The notes under the pieces were generated by a model. The model worked only from the letters and a program-made list of their open reading frames with translations, was not told where the DNA came from and made no database searches. A stretch of DNA of 46,237 bases from an uncultured archaeon (lineage in GTDB: Archaea > Asgardarchaeota > Lokiarchaeia > Sigyniarchaeales > SOKP01): NCBI GenBank assembly GCA_964508365.1, contig CAZDTP010000022.1, positions 1 through 46,237 on the forward strand, read 5' to 3'. Within the stretch, counting starts at the first letter, position 1. Each line of letters begins with the position of its first letter. Of this stretch, positions 35,862 to 45,677 are shown one piece after another. The translations under genes were made by a program, and so were the position numbers.

Positions 35862-38357
35862 TTATAATAAGTAAGAGCCGGTCTTAGAATTTACATTTTC
35901 CTTTATCTCTTTAGGAGTACCAGTTGCGATCACTTTTCCTCCATTTGGACCACCTTCAGGACCTAATTCGATAATGTAATCCGTGTAAGATAAGATTTCT
36001 GGATCGTGTTCTATAATCACAACACTGTTTCCTTCTCGAACTAATTGATCTAGAAGCTCCATTAATTTAACAGCATCATAAAAAGATAAACCAACTGTAG
36101 GTTCATCTAAAATGTATAACGATTTGGTTTTTCTAGCTCTTCCAAGTTCTTTAGCAAGTTTTACTCGTTGAGCCTCTCCACCACTCAATGTAGGAGCTGG
36201 TTGTCCTAATGTTATATATCCCATTCCAATCTTTTCAAGAATCTGTAAGACATTAGATATACTAATATCTGACGCAAACAATTGTAATGCTTCTGAAACG
36301 GTCATATTTAATACATCTGCTATTGAATTGTTTTTATATTTCACTTCCAATATTTCTGGTTTATATCTGAGCCCATGACATTCTTTACAAATAATGTTAA
36401 AGCTACTTAAAAACGATATTCTTAGGTCTTGTTCGCCGGTCCCTTTACAGGTTGGGCATCGTCCCTTGTCAGAATTATAAGAAAAATGACCTGTGGTATA
36501 TTTACGTTTTTTAGATTCAGTTAGTTTTGAAAATTTATCTCTTATTTTATCCCAAATTCCTATATATGACGCAGGTGTAGATGTTTTTACTCTTGAAATT
36601 GGTTTTTGATTGACAACTATAACTTCATCTAGTTTTTCCCATCCGTTAACCATTCCAGAATACTCTAAAAGCTCATCACCATTTTCGTCCTCACCATTTT
36701 CACTATCTTTATTTTCGTTTTTATCTACGCCTCGCTTGAAAAACGGTTGCAATAATGGAACTAATGTGTCTAAGATTAGAGAACTTTTCCCGGCTCCAGA
36801 TACTCCCGCAATTCCTACCATCATGCCTAAAGGGATTTTGACTTCAATATTTTTTAAATTATTTGTGTTGGCATTCCTAATAGTAAGAAACTCTGTTGAA
36901 TCACCTATAACTTTTTTTAACTCGTTCTTTTTTTGAGGTAATGATAATTTTCCACTAAGAAATTGCCCAGTATAGGAATTACTAACTTTTTTTAACTCAT
37001 CTAATGTTCCTTGGAAGACCAATTCTCCCCCATTAATTCCTGCACCTGGACCAATGTCGATAATCTCATCAGCTATCTCAATAAAGCGTTTATCATGCTC
37101 TACAATTATGATAGTATTTCCTAAATCTTTTAATTTCTTCAACATTTTTATTAATGAGTCTTTTTCTCGTTCATGCAAACTCATACTTGGCTCGTCCAGA
37201 ATATATATAAGGGAATCAATACCGGCATCTAAATGAGTCATCAATGATAATCTCTGGAGTTCTCCACCACTTAATGTGGGTAATGCTCGATTTAAATGAA
37301 TATATGATAATCCTACATCTCTCATACTATTTAATCCTTTGATTACTAACTCACATAAATTCTTTCCCTGTATAGTTGAGAGAATACTTTTGTTCAATTC
37401 AACTAGAAAAGAGATTAATTGGTCGATAGGCATCATTGCTAGCTCTCCTATATGGTTATCTCCAATTTTAATGCTTCTTGCTTGCTCGTTAATTCTATAT
37501 CCCTCACACTCATCGCATTTTTTTAATAACATGAAATTTCTATTAATCTTAGTTCGTCGATATACACTTTTTGATTCGCCAAGAGCACGCTCTATATGGG
37601 GAATAATTCCCTCAAATTCTCTTTCTAATATCCCAGTAAATGTTTTAGACTCCCAATTAAATGGTAGCTTCTTTCCACTCCCATATAAAAAGATTTGTTT
37701 AACATTTTCTGGTAAATCTTTATATGGAGTTTTAATATCAAATTCATAAAATTTGGGTAGTTGTTCTACAAATCTGATTTGATCCGCAAATACTGCTGAG
37801 CCGGCTTTAGTAATTTGAATAAGATTTCTATTATAATTTTGAATAATCAATTCTTCAGTAAGATGCATTTGATATCCCCGTCCTTTACAAGTTAAGCACA
37901 TGCCACTTGGTTCATTGAAACTAAAGTGTTTAATCTCCAAACGTTCTACTACCATTCCACATATATCACATTCAAGATTTTTTTTTACTGGTTCCTTACA
38001 AATAGGACAGATTAAAATACCCTCTGTTGCATATAACATTCTTAGAAGATTATATAATCTAGTTTTTGTACCAACTGTGGAACGAGGATTGAATATGCGG
38101 GTTGTCCTTTGCTCCACTGCTACGGTAGGACTTAATCCTTCAAGTAAATCAAACGGTTTTTCATCTTCAAACTTTGGAGGAAATCCAATAGATTGTAAAT
38201 ATCGATTCATCCCTTCGTCAAAAATGATGTCAAAAGCTAAACTTGATTTACCTGAACCTGATACACCAGTAATTACTACCATTTTTTTTTTCGGAATTTC
38301 TACATTTAAATCCTTTAAATTATGAAGTCTTGCTCCTACTACTTTTATCTTATCCAT
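35862..38357 (-). CDS. uvrA: Class II UvrA (UvrA2; lacks the UvrB-binding domain)
   Basis: GVSGSGKSSL, FSFNEP.G.C..C.G.G, LSGGELQR, LDEPS, GVSGAGKSSL, LSGGEAQRVKLA, LDEPTVGL. Only ~25 aa lie between CPIC and FSFN, where class I UvrA has the UvrB-binding domain. Confidence 0.9.
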   Translation of the reverse strand: MDKIKVVGARLHNLKDLNVEIPKKKMVVITGVSGSGKSSLAFDIIFDEGMNRYLQSIGFPPKFEDEKPFDLLEGLSPTVAVEQRTTRIFNPRSTVGTKTRLYNLLRMLYATEGILICPICKEPVKKNLECDICGMVVERLEIKHFSFNEPSGMCLTCKGRGYQMHLTEELIIQNYNRNLIQITKAGSAVFADQIRFVEQLPKFYEFDIKTPYKDLPENVKQIFLYGSGKKLPFNWESKTFTGILEREFEGIIPHIERALGESKSVYRRTKINRNFMLLKKCDECEGYRINEQARSIKIGDNHIGELAMMPIDQLISFLVELNKSILSTIQGKNLCELVIKGLNSMRDVGLSYIHLNRALPTLSGGELQRLSLMTHLDAGIDSLIYILDEPSMSLHEREKDSLIKMLKKLKDLGNTIIIVEHDKRFIEIADEIIDIGPGAGINGGELVFQGTLDELKKVSNSYTGQFLSGKLSLPQKKNELKKVIGDSTEFLTIRNANTNNLKNIEVKIPLGMMVGIAGVSGAGKSSLILDTLVPLLQPFFKRGVDKNENKDSENGEDENGDELLEYSGMVNGWEKLDEVIVVNQKPISRVKTSTPASYIGIWDKIRDKFSKLTESKKRKYTTGHFSYNSDKGRCPTCKGTGEQDLRISFLSSFNIICKECHGLRYKPEILEVKYKNNSIADVLNMTVSEALQLFASDISISNVLQILEKIGMGYITLGQPAPTLSGGEAQRVKLAKELGRARKTKSLYILDEPTVGLSFYDAVKLMELLDQLVREGNSVVIIEHDPEILSYTDYIIELGPEGGPNGGKVIATGTPKEIKENVNSKTGSYLL

Positions 38358-38376
38358 ATTTTTTACCTTTTATTAA

Positions 38377-39042
38377 TTAATCTCCTTTCTTCTGTAAAAT
38401 ATAATACGCACAATCGCTATCATTAGGATTGGCCTTTACCCACTTAATTTCAGCTTCAATAGCGCTAATATTTTCGAAAATATCTGAGTCTTCTTTTTTT
38501 TCACGAATCTGTTTGATTTTTCTCTCCAATGGTTCATAATAATCCGTCCACCAGCAACCCTCAGGCCAGTTCAATTGTTTGATAAGATCAAATCCACACT
38601 TGGTTATCAAATCTTGATTCTTATCCATAGTTTTAATAGCTTCTCCAAGCACTAAATACCCTCCATCCTTTAGGATTCGATGGCACGCTTCGAAGCTTTT
38701 CTTAAAACCAATGATGTGCACCACGCCTGCCTCCCAAATTAGATCAAAGTATTTATCTGGAAAATAATTTTTTAAAAGATCCATTCTTTGAGTTGTAATT
38801 CTATTTGTAAGATTTCTTACCTTTATTTTTTTGATTAATCGATCTAAGAGCACTTGGTCAATGTCTATCGCAATGATATCACCATTGGTCAATTTCGCAA
38901 GCTCGATAGTAAGAAGACCAGACCCACAACCTAATTCAAGTAATCTCGGTTTTTTCATCTTGGGTAAAAATTTAAACGCATCTCTTGCGTATTTAAGAAA
39001 GTTTGCCCTTAATTGTTCCGTGTATGATTCTTTATATGACAT
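38377..39042 (-). CDS. Class I SAM-dependent methyltransferase
   Basis: LLELGCGSG, IAIDID, FDLIWE.G, ILKDGG. Confidence 0.88.
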   Translation of the reverse strand: MSYKESYTEQLRANFLKYARDAFKFLPKMKKPRLLELGCGSGLLTIELAKLTNGDIIAIDIDQVLLDRLIKKIKVRNLTNRITTQRMDLLKNYFPDKYFDLIWEAGVVHIIGFKKSFEACHRILKDGGYLVLGEAIKTMDKNQDLITKCGFDLIKQLNWPEGCWWTDYYEPLERKIKQIREKKEDSDIFENISAIEAEIKWVKANPNDSDCAYYILQKKGD

Positions 39043-39055
39043 CTTCTTCTCCCTA

Positions 39056-39484
39056 TTATCTTATATTCGGATTAATTTTATTACCACAATCAAAACATTC
39101 AGCATCGTGGACGCAAATCTCTCCATTACAATCCGGACATTGATATAACTTTTCTTTTTCTTGTATCCATTGTTCAAATCCAACCTCTTGAAGTCTCTTC
39201 AGATTCTTAATGGGACTCACACCATATTTTTTAAAATATCTCTCATCTATCCTTTTTAAATTTGGACAAGGAAAGTTTTCACATTCGTAGCAGAATTCTA
39301 TTTCGTTTTTTCTTATTAACGCACAATCTCTTTTTATAAATGAACAATTTTTATTTTTAATCCGACAGCCTTTACAACCACGCTTATACCCTTTTTCTTC
39401 TAAGAGATCTTCTTTCAATAACAAATATGATCTACAAGCACCACAATAAACTCCACATGGAGCTGCTAAATTTTTTTCATACAT
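39056..39484 (-). CDS. DUF3795-like Cys-rich protein with a C-terminal zinc ribbon
   Basis: APCGVYCGAC, CKGCR, CYECENFPC, CPDC..C..C..C. Confidence 0.8.
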   Translation of the reverse strand: MYEKNLAAPCGVYCGACRSYLLLKEDLLEEKGYKRGCKGCRIKNKNCSFIKRDCALIRKNEIEFCYECENFPCPNLKRIDERYFKKYGVSPIKNLKRLQEVGFEQWIQEKEKLYQCPDCNGEICVHDAECFDCGNKINPNIR

Positions 39485-39514
39485 TTCTTAATTCACTTCA
39501 AATTTTTAGTTTAT

Positions 39515-40543
39515 TCAATTGTAAAACCCTTTCAAAACTTTCATAGCTTTTAGAGTAAGCCATTTACTTTCTTTACCCTTTTGCTCAATATTTGCTTGCA
39601 TTCGTCCATTAAAGGTTTTTTCTAATATCCATCTACCATTTTCATTTTGCTTGGATATAATTAGATCAATAGCATCCTGCATTCTATCATCCTTACAACC
39701 TAATCTTGTTAATATCTCTAAAACCTCCAAAGCATCAGTCTTCCACATTAACGGGAAACCAAATTGTGTCCATTCTTGCTTAGCTATCGCATTTAAATTA
39801 TGACTTTGCTTATAGATGTGATGAACGAGTAAGTATTCAACTGCTTTCTTAATAACATTTCTTACTCCTTCCGTTCTCATGTTGGTTGGAATTTCAGATA
39901 GAGCTTTTAAATTTTTAACAACACACATATAACAAGTATGTTTTCCCCAACATGCTTCACCCTTTTTGGATCCAACATTATAAGGCCATTTATCAGGAGC
40001 AGGTTCTAAACCATCGTCAAAACGCTGATAATTGACAATCCAATTTATTCCTTGTTGAATTCTTGAATCAGTTAAATATCCAAATTTGATTAAGCTCCAA
40101 AGCATATTACCAGTAAGACATGGCAGAATTTTATTCTGATCTCCTCCATTTCCATTATTATAATACGCAAACGATCCAGATGATTTATCTTGTGAGTTTT
40201 CAAGAATAAATTCGCATGTTTTTTGAATTCTTTTATCTCTACCATCCGCACCAAGTTCTGCTAATACAATTATTTGCCATACAGTTCCTTTATATTTTGT
40301 TCTGATATAGAAGTTTTCAGCCATTTCCCAATAACCCCCATCTTTTTGTTTACTAAGAATTTTAGGGGCTATTCCTTCCGCCATTATTTTCTCTTTGGCT
40401 TCTTTAACTTTACTATCACTTTCATTTTGGTTCATAATCTCTATTAGAGTGAAGTATCGTACTGAAGGATTGTGTTCCTCTAATAACCATTCAGTTGGGT
40501 CTGATTTCAAATAACTTTTCCACTTTTCCACTTTTTCTAACAC
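39515..40543 (-). CDS. Prenyltransferase/squalene cyclase-like alpha/alpha-barrel protein of unknown function
   Basis: WLLEE.NPSVRY, QKDGGYW, QRFDDG, QNENGRW (QW-like motifs), PCLTGN, FGFP. Confidence 0.7.
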   Translation of the reverse strand: MLEKVEKWKSYLKSDPTEWLLEEHNPSVRYFTLIEIMNQNESDSKVKEAKEKIMAEGIAPKILSKQKDGGYWEMAENFYIRTKYKGTVWQIIVLAELGADGRDKRIQKTCEFILENSQDKSSGSFAYYNNGNGGDQNKILPCLTGNMLWSLIKFGYLTDSRIQQGINWIVNYQRFDDGLEPAPDKWPYNVGSKKGEACWGKHTCYMCVVKNLKALSEIPTNMRTEGVRNVIKKAVEYLLVHHIYKQSHNLNAIAKQEWTQFGFPLMWKTDALEVLEILTRLGCKDDRMQDAIDLIISKQNENGRWILEKTFNGRMQANIEQKGKESKWLTLKAMKVLKGFYN

Positions 40544-40550
40544 CCATTCT

Positions 40551-41966
40551 TTAAACTTTGATTTTGGCTAGATTTTTAAACAACTTTTCCTCCAGTATGA
40601 GAATCTCTAAAATTATCCTATGTAAATTTTCAAAATCTACATGATTTAAACATTCCTTTTTATATTCATCAGCAGAATTTTTTAAAATTTCAGCAAACAT
40701 AGTCCAGTTCTTAGCAGAATCACTAATTATGGGTATACAATCTTCTATTATCTTGAATTCTATATCATTCCATGCCATTGAACCCTCTCTAAGCACCTTA
40801 TGACTTAATAATTCTTGAAGAAATTGCATGTAAAGGTTACGAAAAGCTGCCCCTCCAGTGCCCCAAGTCTCAATATATCCATGTAATAATTCAAACATAA
40901 GTCTCGCTCGTGAAATATTCTTCCCTGTAGGATCCTTTGATTCACCTTCCAATTTAACTTTCCATTCTGGGATTGATCTTGCTAATAATTTAATCCCTTG
41001 GATTCCACTATTATTTATTGATGGACGCAACATATTATCGACTACTTTTTTAATTGCGACTTTTACTCCTGCTGCTAGAGGTGGATGTTTTCCGTCAGGT
41101 CTTCTCACCATGGAAAATTGAACATTGTTTGGATACATAAATTTTGGACCATGTTCAGAACTCCTTGCTTCCTTTAGTTTTTCTATAGGGACTTCCTGGA
41201 ATCCTTCAAGATCGGTATCACCTACATAAGCAATTCCTGCCTCCTCATCATAACCCGCTAAAGTAATTGCATGTCCACCAAAGTGAACATCTCCCACTTC
41301 TTCAAAATAGGGTAAATACCCTAAATCAACTTTGAGGATTAAGGGATTATTTTGGATTAACATCTTTTTTGACTCTTCCCATGCTTTATTAGCACTAGTG
41401 AAAGACTGCTTCCTTAATGTGATTCCTAATAATCGGCAAGCTAAAGAATTTGGTTCAATTGTTCCCTGCTTACCTCCAAGGAAAAAAGGAATATATGATT
41501 CTGGGATAAACGATACACTATTTGTAGTGTCGAAAAATCCAAAACCCATCGTAGCATCTAAACCAAATGCCATAGATTCAGACATAGGAAAACCATGAAA
41601 TTCAAAAAGATCTCTCATAGCAGATGATTCGCAATGCTGGCCTTTTCTATGCATAAAATCTTTAATGATATACCCTTTCATTCCTCCTATCTCCGAGATG
41701 TCCTTCTGAATTATTAAATTAGCATTCTCATACCAATAATCCCTTTGTTCTCTGATGTAAATCCTCCTATTAGGATTGAAACCATAAATTTTATGGCATG
41801 ATTTGCATAATGGTGCAGCATTATTTATTTCATCAGAACCACCTTCACTTTGAGGAATTATGTGATGAATGTCTAAAGCTTTTAGCCTGTGGCATATCGA
41901 GCATCTATAATATGCTTTTTTACTTAAATCATTTTTAATCTTTTCACTAAATGGCATAGAAATCAC
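40551..41966 (-). CDS. N-terminal HNH endonuclease domain fused to a BtrH-N/papain-like cysteine peptidase (DUF4872-type) protein
   Basis: CSIC..DIHHIIP..GG....N..PLC..CH (aa ~22-60). After M96 come GQHCES (Cys), GGHAITLAGYD (His) and a helical tail. Overlaps padR by 4 nt. Confidence 0.75.
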   Translation of the reverse strand: MISMPFSEKIKNDLSKKAYYRCSICHRLKALDIHHIIPQSEGGSDEINNAAPLCKSCHKIYGFNPNRRIYIREQRDYWYENANLIIQKDISEIGGMKGYIIKDFMHRKGQHCESSAMRDLFEFHGFPMSESMAFGLDATMGFGFFDTTNSVSFIPESYIPFFLGGKQGTIEPNSLACRLLGITLRKQSFTSANKAWEESKKMLIQNNPLILKVDLGYLPYFEEVGDVHFGGHAITLAGYDEEAGIAYVGDTDLEGFQEVPIEKLKEARSSEHGPKFMYPNNVQFSMVRRPDGKHPPLAAGVKVAIKKVVDNMLRPSINNSGIQGIKLLARSIPEWKVKLEGESKDPTGKNISRARLMFELLHGYIETWGTGGAAFRNLYMQFLQELLSHKVLREGSMAWNDIEFKIIEDCIPIISDSAKNWTMFAEILKNSADEYKKECLNHVDFENLHRIILEILILEEKLFKNLAKIKV

Positions 41967-42562
41967 TCCAACACCTTTTTTTCTGATAATTTTTTGTAAT
42001 TATTATTATCTTTAGATACTTCTTTGATAACCAATTCTAAAAATTCAGTATCCGCTTGTAATATCTTAATTGGGTGGATAAATAGCCCTCGAACATTGAG
42101 AGGTTGATTAATGTTATGTTTTAGCATATCCTCCAATTCTTTCTTATGATTTTGTATCATGTTAAGAGAATTGGAAAAAACTTCAATTTGTTCTTCCTGT
42201 GTTAAGTAGGGTAGCATTGAGAAAGCCATATAAAAATCATGATCATTTTTTCCAAAAAATTCATTCAGAATTTTATATATCATTCTCTTTAATAATTTAG
42301 TTCCTTTCAGGGTAACCTGATACATTTTGACAAATCGATTATCTTCTTCTTCCACCCATGATTCTACTAATCCTTTATCCTTTAGATTTTTCAAAACACC
42401 ATATATTGAAGATTTTCCAATAGCAGTCCAACTCCTCATACCTCTTTCTTCAATTCTTCTATTTATATCTTTCCCATGACATGGATGCTCAGATACTAAT
42501 CCCAGAACAACGAAAGCTACATGGGTTAATTCTATATTTCGTTCAATTGACATTAAAACCAA
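41963..42562 (-). CDS. PadR-family transcriptional regulator
   Basis: VLGLVSEHPCHGKDI, IGKSSIY..LK.L...GLV, K.Y.VT.KG; helical C-terminal domain. Confidence 0.88.
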   Translation of the reverse strand: MVLMSIERNIELTHVAFVVLGLVSEHPCHGKDINRRIEERGMRSWTAIGKSSIYGVLKNLKDKGLVESWVEEEDNRFVKMYQVTLKGTKLLKRMIYKILNEFFGKNDHDFYMAFSMLPYLTQEEQIEVFSNSLNMIQNHKKELEDMLKHNINQPLNVRGLFIHPIKILQADTEFLELVIKEVSKDNNNYKKLSEKKVLE

Positions 42563-42691
42563 TCATTCCAAATCAAGATCATTCTTAATATAGAATGATA
42601 TGAAGCAAGAATATATAAATTTTTCCTTCAAAGAAATTAAAAATAAATTCTGTCATATTTTTACTGAAAGCAAAAAAAAAGTAGATCATCA

Positions 42692-43384
42692 ATGAAAAAA
42701 ATTCAAAATAAGAAAAAAGCAATAATATTAACAATAATATTAGTAATCGCTGGTATTTCTGGAGTTTTATTGACTTTAACATTAGGTTTCAGACTATTAT
42801 TGAAGAATTTATTGATAGATTTTGGTGATTGGGATCCTGCAACCAATCGATCTGGATCATTTCTTTTCTTAGAGTCAGAAGATAAAGACTTCTTAGAATT
42901 TGGAGCGGAAGTGACTGGTCTAGAAGGCTCAAAAATCTTACCAACCTTCGAATATCGAGTATTAGCAAATAGTAATGTGTAAGCTCCTTGCGATGGTTTT
43001 ATCATACGAGCGGATTTTCAAGCTGATACGAATGATTATGAGATTTTTATTGCATCAACTAGCATTTCCTGGGTAAAAGTCTCGATAGTTCATATCTCTA
43101 ACCTTACTGAAAGCTTAGGGCAGTATGTTAAAGCGGGAGAAATTATTGGGAAACCAGGCACCTGGTATGGTGAACTTAGGAGAGTAGAGTTATCTATCAA
43201 CGAAAATCCAAATATCCATCGTGCTCCTTTTGCACTTTTCGATCCAGAGCTCCAATCAGAATATGAGGCGCTTGTGACTGAACATATGAAAGATTAGGAA
43301 TTATTTAAGGGTAACTCTCCCATATACGATCAAGAGAGCATGTTTTATCCAGGATGTCTTTATGAAAATTTGGTTGGAAACTAA
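42692..43384 (+). pseudogene. Membrane-anchored M23-like (hybrid-motif) protein interrupted by two in-frame stops
   Basis: One frame throughout: TM anchor, ..SNV, TAA (42980-42982), APCDG..HISNL..GQYVKAGEIIG..HMKD, TAG (43295-43297), ELF.., final TAA (43382-43384). V.AP.DG and G..V.AG..IG are M23-fold signatures; no HxH zinc motif is seen. Confidence 0.6.
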
Positions 43385-43505
43385 ATTCGCCTTTTTCTTT
43401 TCTTCTTTATATTTATCTGAGGTTTGAAACAAATTTGAATTAAACTATAAAAATGATGACGAACCAGATATTTTTATATGTAATTTTTCTATCTATTAAA
43501 AAAAT

Positions 43506-45566
43506 TTGATAAAAATGCTGAGATATCAAAACATATTTTCAATTTTACTTGTTGGAATTATATCCTATCTGTTTATAGAGTCGTTTTATAATGTAATAGT
43601 CGATATAAATGCGTATATTTTTATGAATTTCTCAGATATTATTACTATAATGCCGAGTTTGATAATAGCAGTATTTATTTTAATCGTTGAGTTTTTCCTA
43701 TTCATGTTAGGTAAGATTAAAAAATATTACAAACCTTATATCTTACTTTATCTTATTTGTGGCTTGCGTATAAGTTCCCAGTTTATTATTATTCCAAGTG
43801 CGATATTTATCATTAACTTTTTGATGATTTTTTCACTTCTACTTTTTTTCATGGCATTTATAATTCTAGTCGAGACAAATGATGCTTACATGTCCTTTTC
43901 GCAATTTCTGGGAAGTGTGATAATTGGTTTAGGAATTTACTTTGCTTTCTTAGTTGTTAATATTTCCTCAAATCTTACATCAGACCTTATCAAAATTATT
44001 CCGACTATTATTTTTGTAGGAATAATAATTTTCGTTAATCAGAGTCTTTTTAATCCTAAACGTATTGAAAAATTGCTTTCTGATGTTAGTGGCAAAAATG
44101 TACGTGATCCAAATAAAAAAAGCGTATCATTTCTCCATTTTATAATCTTAGGAGTTCTTTTTATTTTTTCAACGATGTGGATTTTTAATCCAATGGCTCT
44201 TTCTGCGTATGATATAATCAACCTAAATATTAATGGGTTAATTTCAAACTCAATTAATATCTGGCCCGCTTACGGATTTACTTATTATCTCTTGTTGATA
44301 TTAGTTGCTGCCATATTGAGTTATGTTTTAATTGTGAAATATTTATTTTCGTTAAATCTAAAATTACTAAGGATTACTATTGTTATGTCCATCAGTATTA
44401 CATGTATTTTAACGTTCCTCGCGATTTTCGTAATTCAACACGATCTTACCATCATATCTTCAATATACATATCAATTATGACGATATTTGGAGTATTTTC
44501 TGTTATCTTCTATCTATCATATTTATTTAATTATTACTCATTTGATTCTTCGAAAAAGTTATTTGTAGGAATTATATTTTTCTTTGCCTCTGCCCTTTTC
44601 TTTCTCATTCTCCATACGACTATAATGTGGTACGAGTACATGTCTTTGTTGAATCATCTTCTTATTCAGATAATCACTTGTGTTGCTCTAATTTTAATAA
44701 CCGAAATAAAAAATTTGAGATATTCATTCAAGATAAAAGAGCGAACTTTAAGCTTTAATAAAACTATAGCAATCACCTTCATAGTTATTCTAATAAGTAA
44801 TATAATTTTAATTGGTGTTATAGTTCAGAATAGCAAAGTTGAATCAACACAAAAACCTGAACCTACTCTGATGACTTGGAACATTCATAATGCTATTGGA
44901 GATGATGATATTATAAGTTTAGAGCGTATTGTAGAAGATATAAAGAAATATTCACCAGAAATAGTTGGTTTAAATGAAGTGGATTTAGGAGCACTAAAAA
45001 CTGCTTCTATTGATTTACCCTCTTACTTTGCCCATAAACTAAACATGTATTACTTTTATGGCTATACATTTTATAAGCATTATGGAAATGTTATTTTAAG
45101 TAAATATCCCTTTTTAGAAGTAGAAATTATTTCATTACCACTTGCTATCCTGTCAGCTGAACCAAGATCATTGATAAGAGCAAAGCTAGAAGTAAACCTA
45201 TCAATTTGGACTGTTTTTATTACTCATTTATCAACTGAAGAAGACGATCGATTAATTCAAGTTCCTTTCATAATCTCTGAGATTGAAAAGGAAATGACTT
45301 TTGAGAAAATTGTTTGGATGGGTGATTTTAATTTTGAACCCTCCTCTACTGAATATTCTTTAATTAATAGTACCTCAATTCTGAATTTTACTGATACATA
45401 TTCATTTCTAAATTCTGACCTTGGATATACAAGTCATTTCGATGAAGATCATATTCCACATAAGAGAATCGATTATATAATGTGTTCTCCTGATTTATTA
45501 CCTAAAACTAGTGAAATTTTTTGTTCACTTAGTTCTGATCATTGTTCTGTGATAACCCAATTCTAA
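43506..45566 (+). CDS. Polytopic membrane protein with a C-terminal exonuclease/endonuclease/phosphatase (EEP) domain
   Basis: About 12-13 TM segments, then MTWNIH, GLNEVD, GNVILSKYP, THL, MGDFN, RIDYI and SDH motifs. Confidence 0.85.
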   Translation: MIKMLRYQNIFSILLVGIISYLFIESFYNVIVDINAYIFMNFSDIITIMPSLIIAVFILIVEFFLFMLGKIKKYYKPYILLYLICGLRISSQFIIIPSAIFIINFLMIFSLLLFFMAFIILVETNDAYMSFSQFLGSVIIGLGIYFAFLVVNISSNLTSDLIKIIPTIIFVGIIIFVNQSLFNPKRIEKLLSDVSGKNVRDPNKKSVSFLHFIILGVLFIFSTMWIFNPMALSAYDIINLNINGLISNSINIWPAYGFTYYLLLILVAAILSYVLIVKYLFSLNLKLLRITIVMSISITCILTFLAIFVIQHDLTIISSIYISIMTIFGVFSVIFYLSYLFNYYSFDSSKKLFVGIIFFFASALFFLILHTTIMWYEYMSLLNHLLIQIITCVALILITEIKNLRYSFKIKERTLSFNKTIAITFIVILISNIILIGVIVQNSKVESTQKPEPTLMTWNIHNAIGDDDIISLERIVEDIKKYSPEIVGLNEVDLGALKTASIDLPSYFAHKLNMYYFYGYTFYKHYGNVILSKYPFLEVEIISLPLAILSAEPRSLIRAKLEVNLSIWTVFITHLSTEEDDRLIQVPFIISEIEKEMTFEKIVWMGDFNFEPSSTEYSLINSTSILNFTDTYSFLNSDLGYTSHFDEDHIPHKRIDYIMCSPDLLPKTSEIFCSLSSDHCSVITQF

Positions 45567-45677
45567 ATTCACTTCTTATTTTTTTTTAGTTTTTGGAACC
45601 AACCTTATTCTCAAGATGTAAAAAACTTTAAGCAATCTATCCTATTTAAATAACAATGGCTGAAGGCAATCAGAATA

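Noticed and set aside
39515-40543. Nitrogenase iron protein (this family is often labelled NifH)
   Set aside because: No P-loop or nitrogenase Fe-S motifs; QW-like repeats indicate an alpha/alpha barrel.
16498-43297. Stop-codon reassignment suggested by several in-frame TAA/TAG codons (16498, 22114, 42980, 43295)
   Set aside because: The residues expected at these sites differ (Gln in the SBP relic; by context probably Tyr, Trp and Glu/Lys elsewhere), and many intact genes end in TAA. Independent nonsense mutations or errors fit better.
9406-44221. Short opposite-strand or alternative-frame ORFs in the track (e.g. 9406-9819, 12531-14536, 17729, 18996, 19788-20721, 22441-23625, 25135, 26897, 27712-28389, 33632-34969, 36610-38325, 38831, 40858-41598, 42585, 42703, 44039)
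   Set aside because: They lie inside or overlap well-supported genes and show no recognisable motifs; treated as shadow ORFs.
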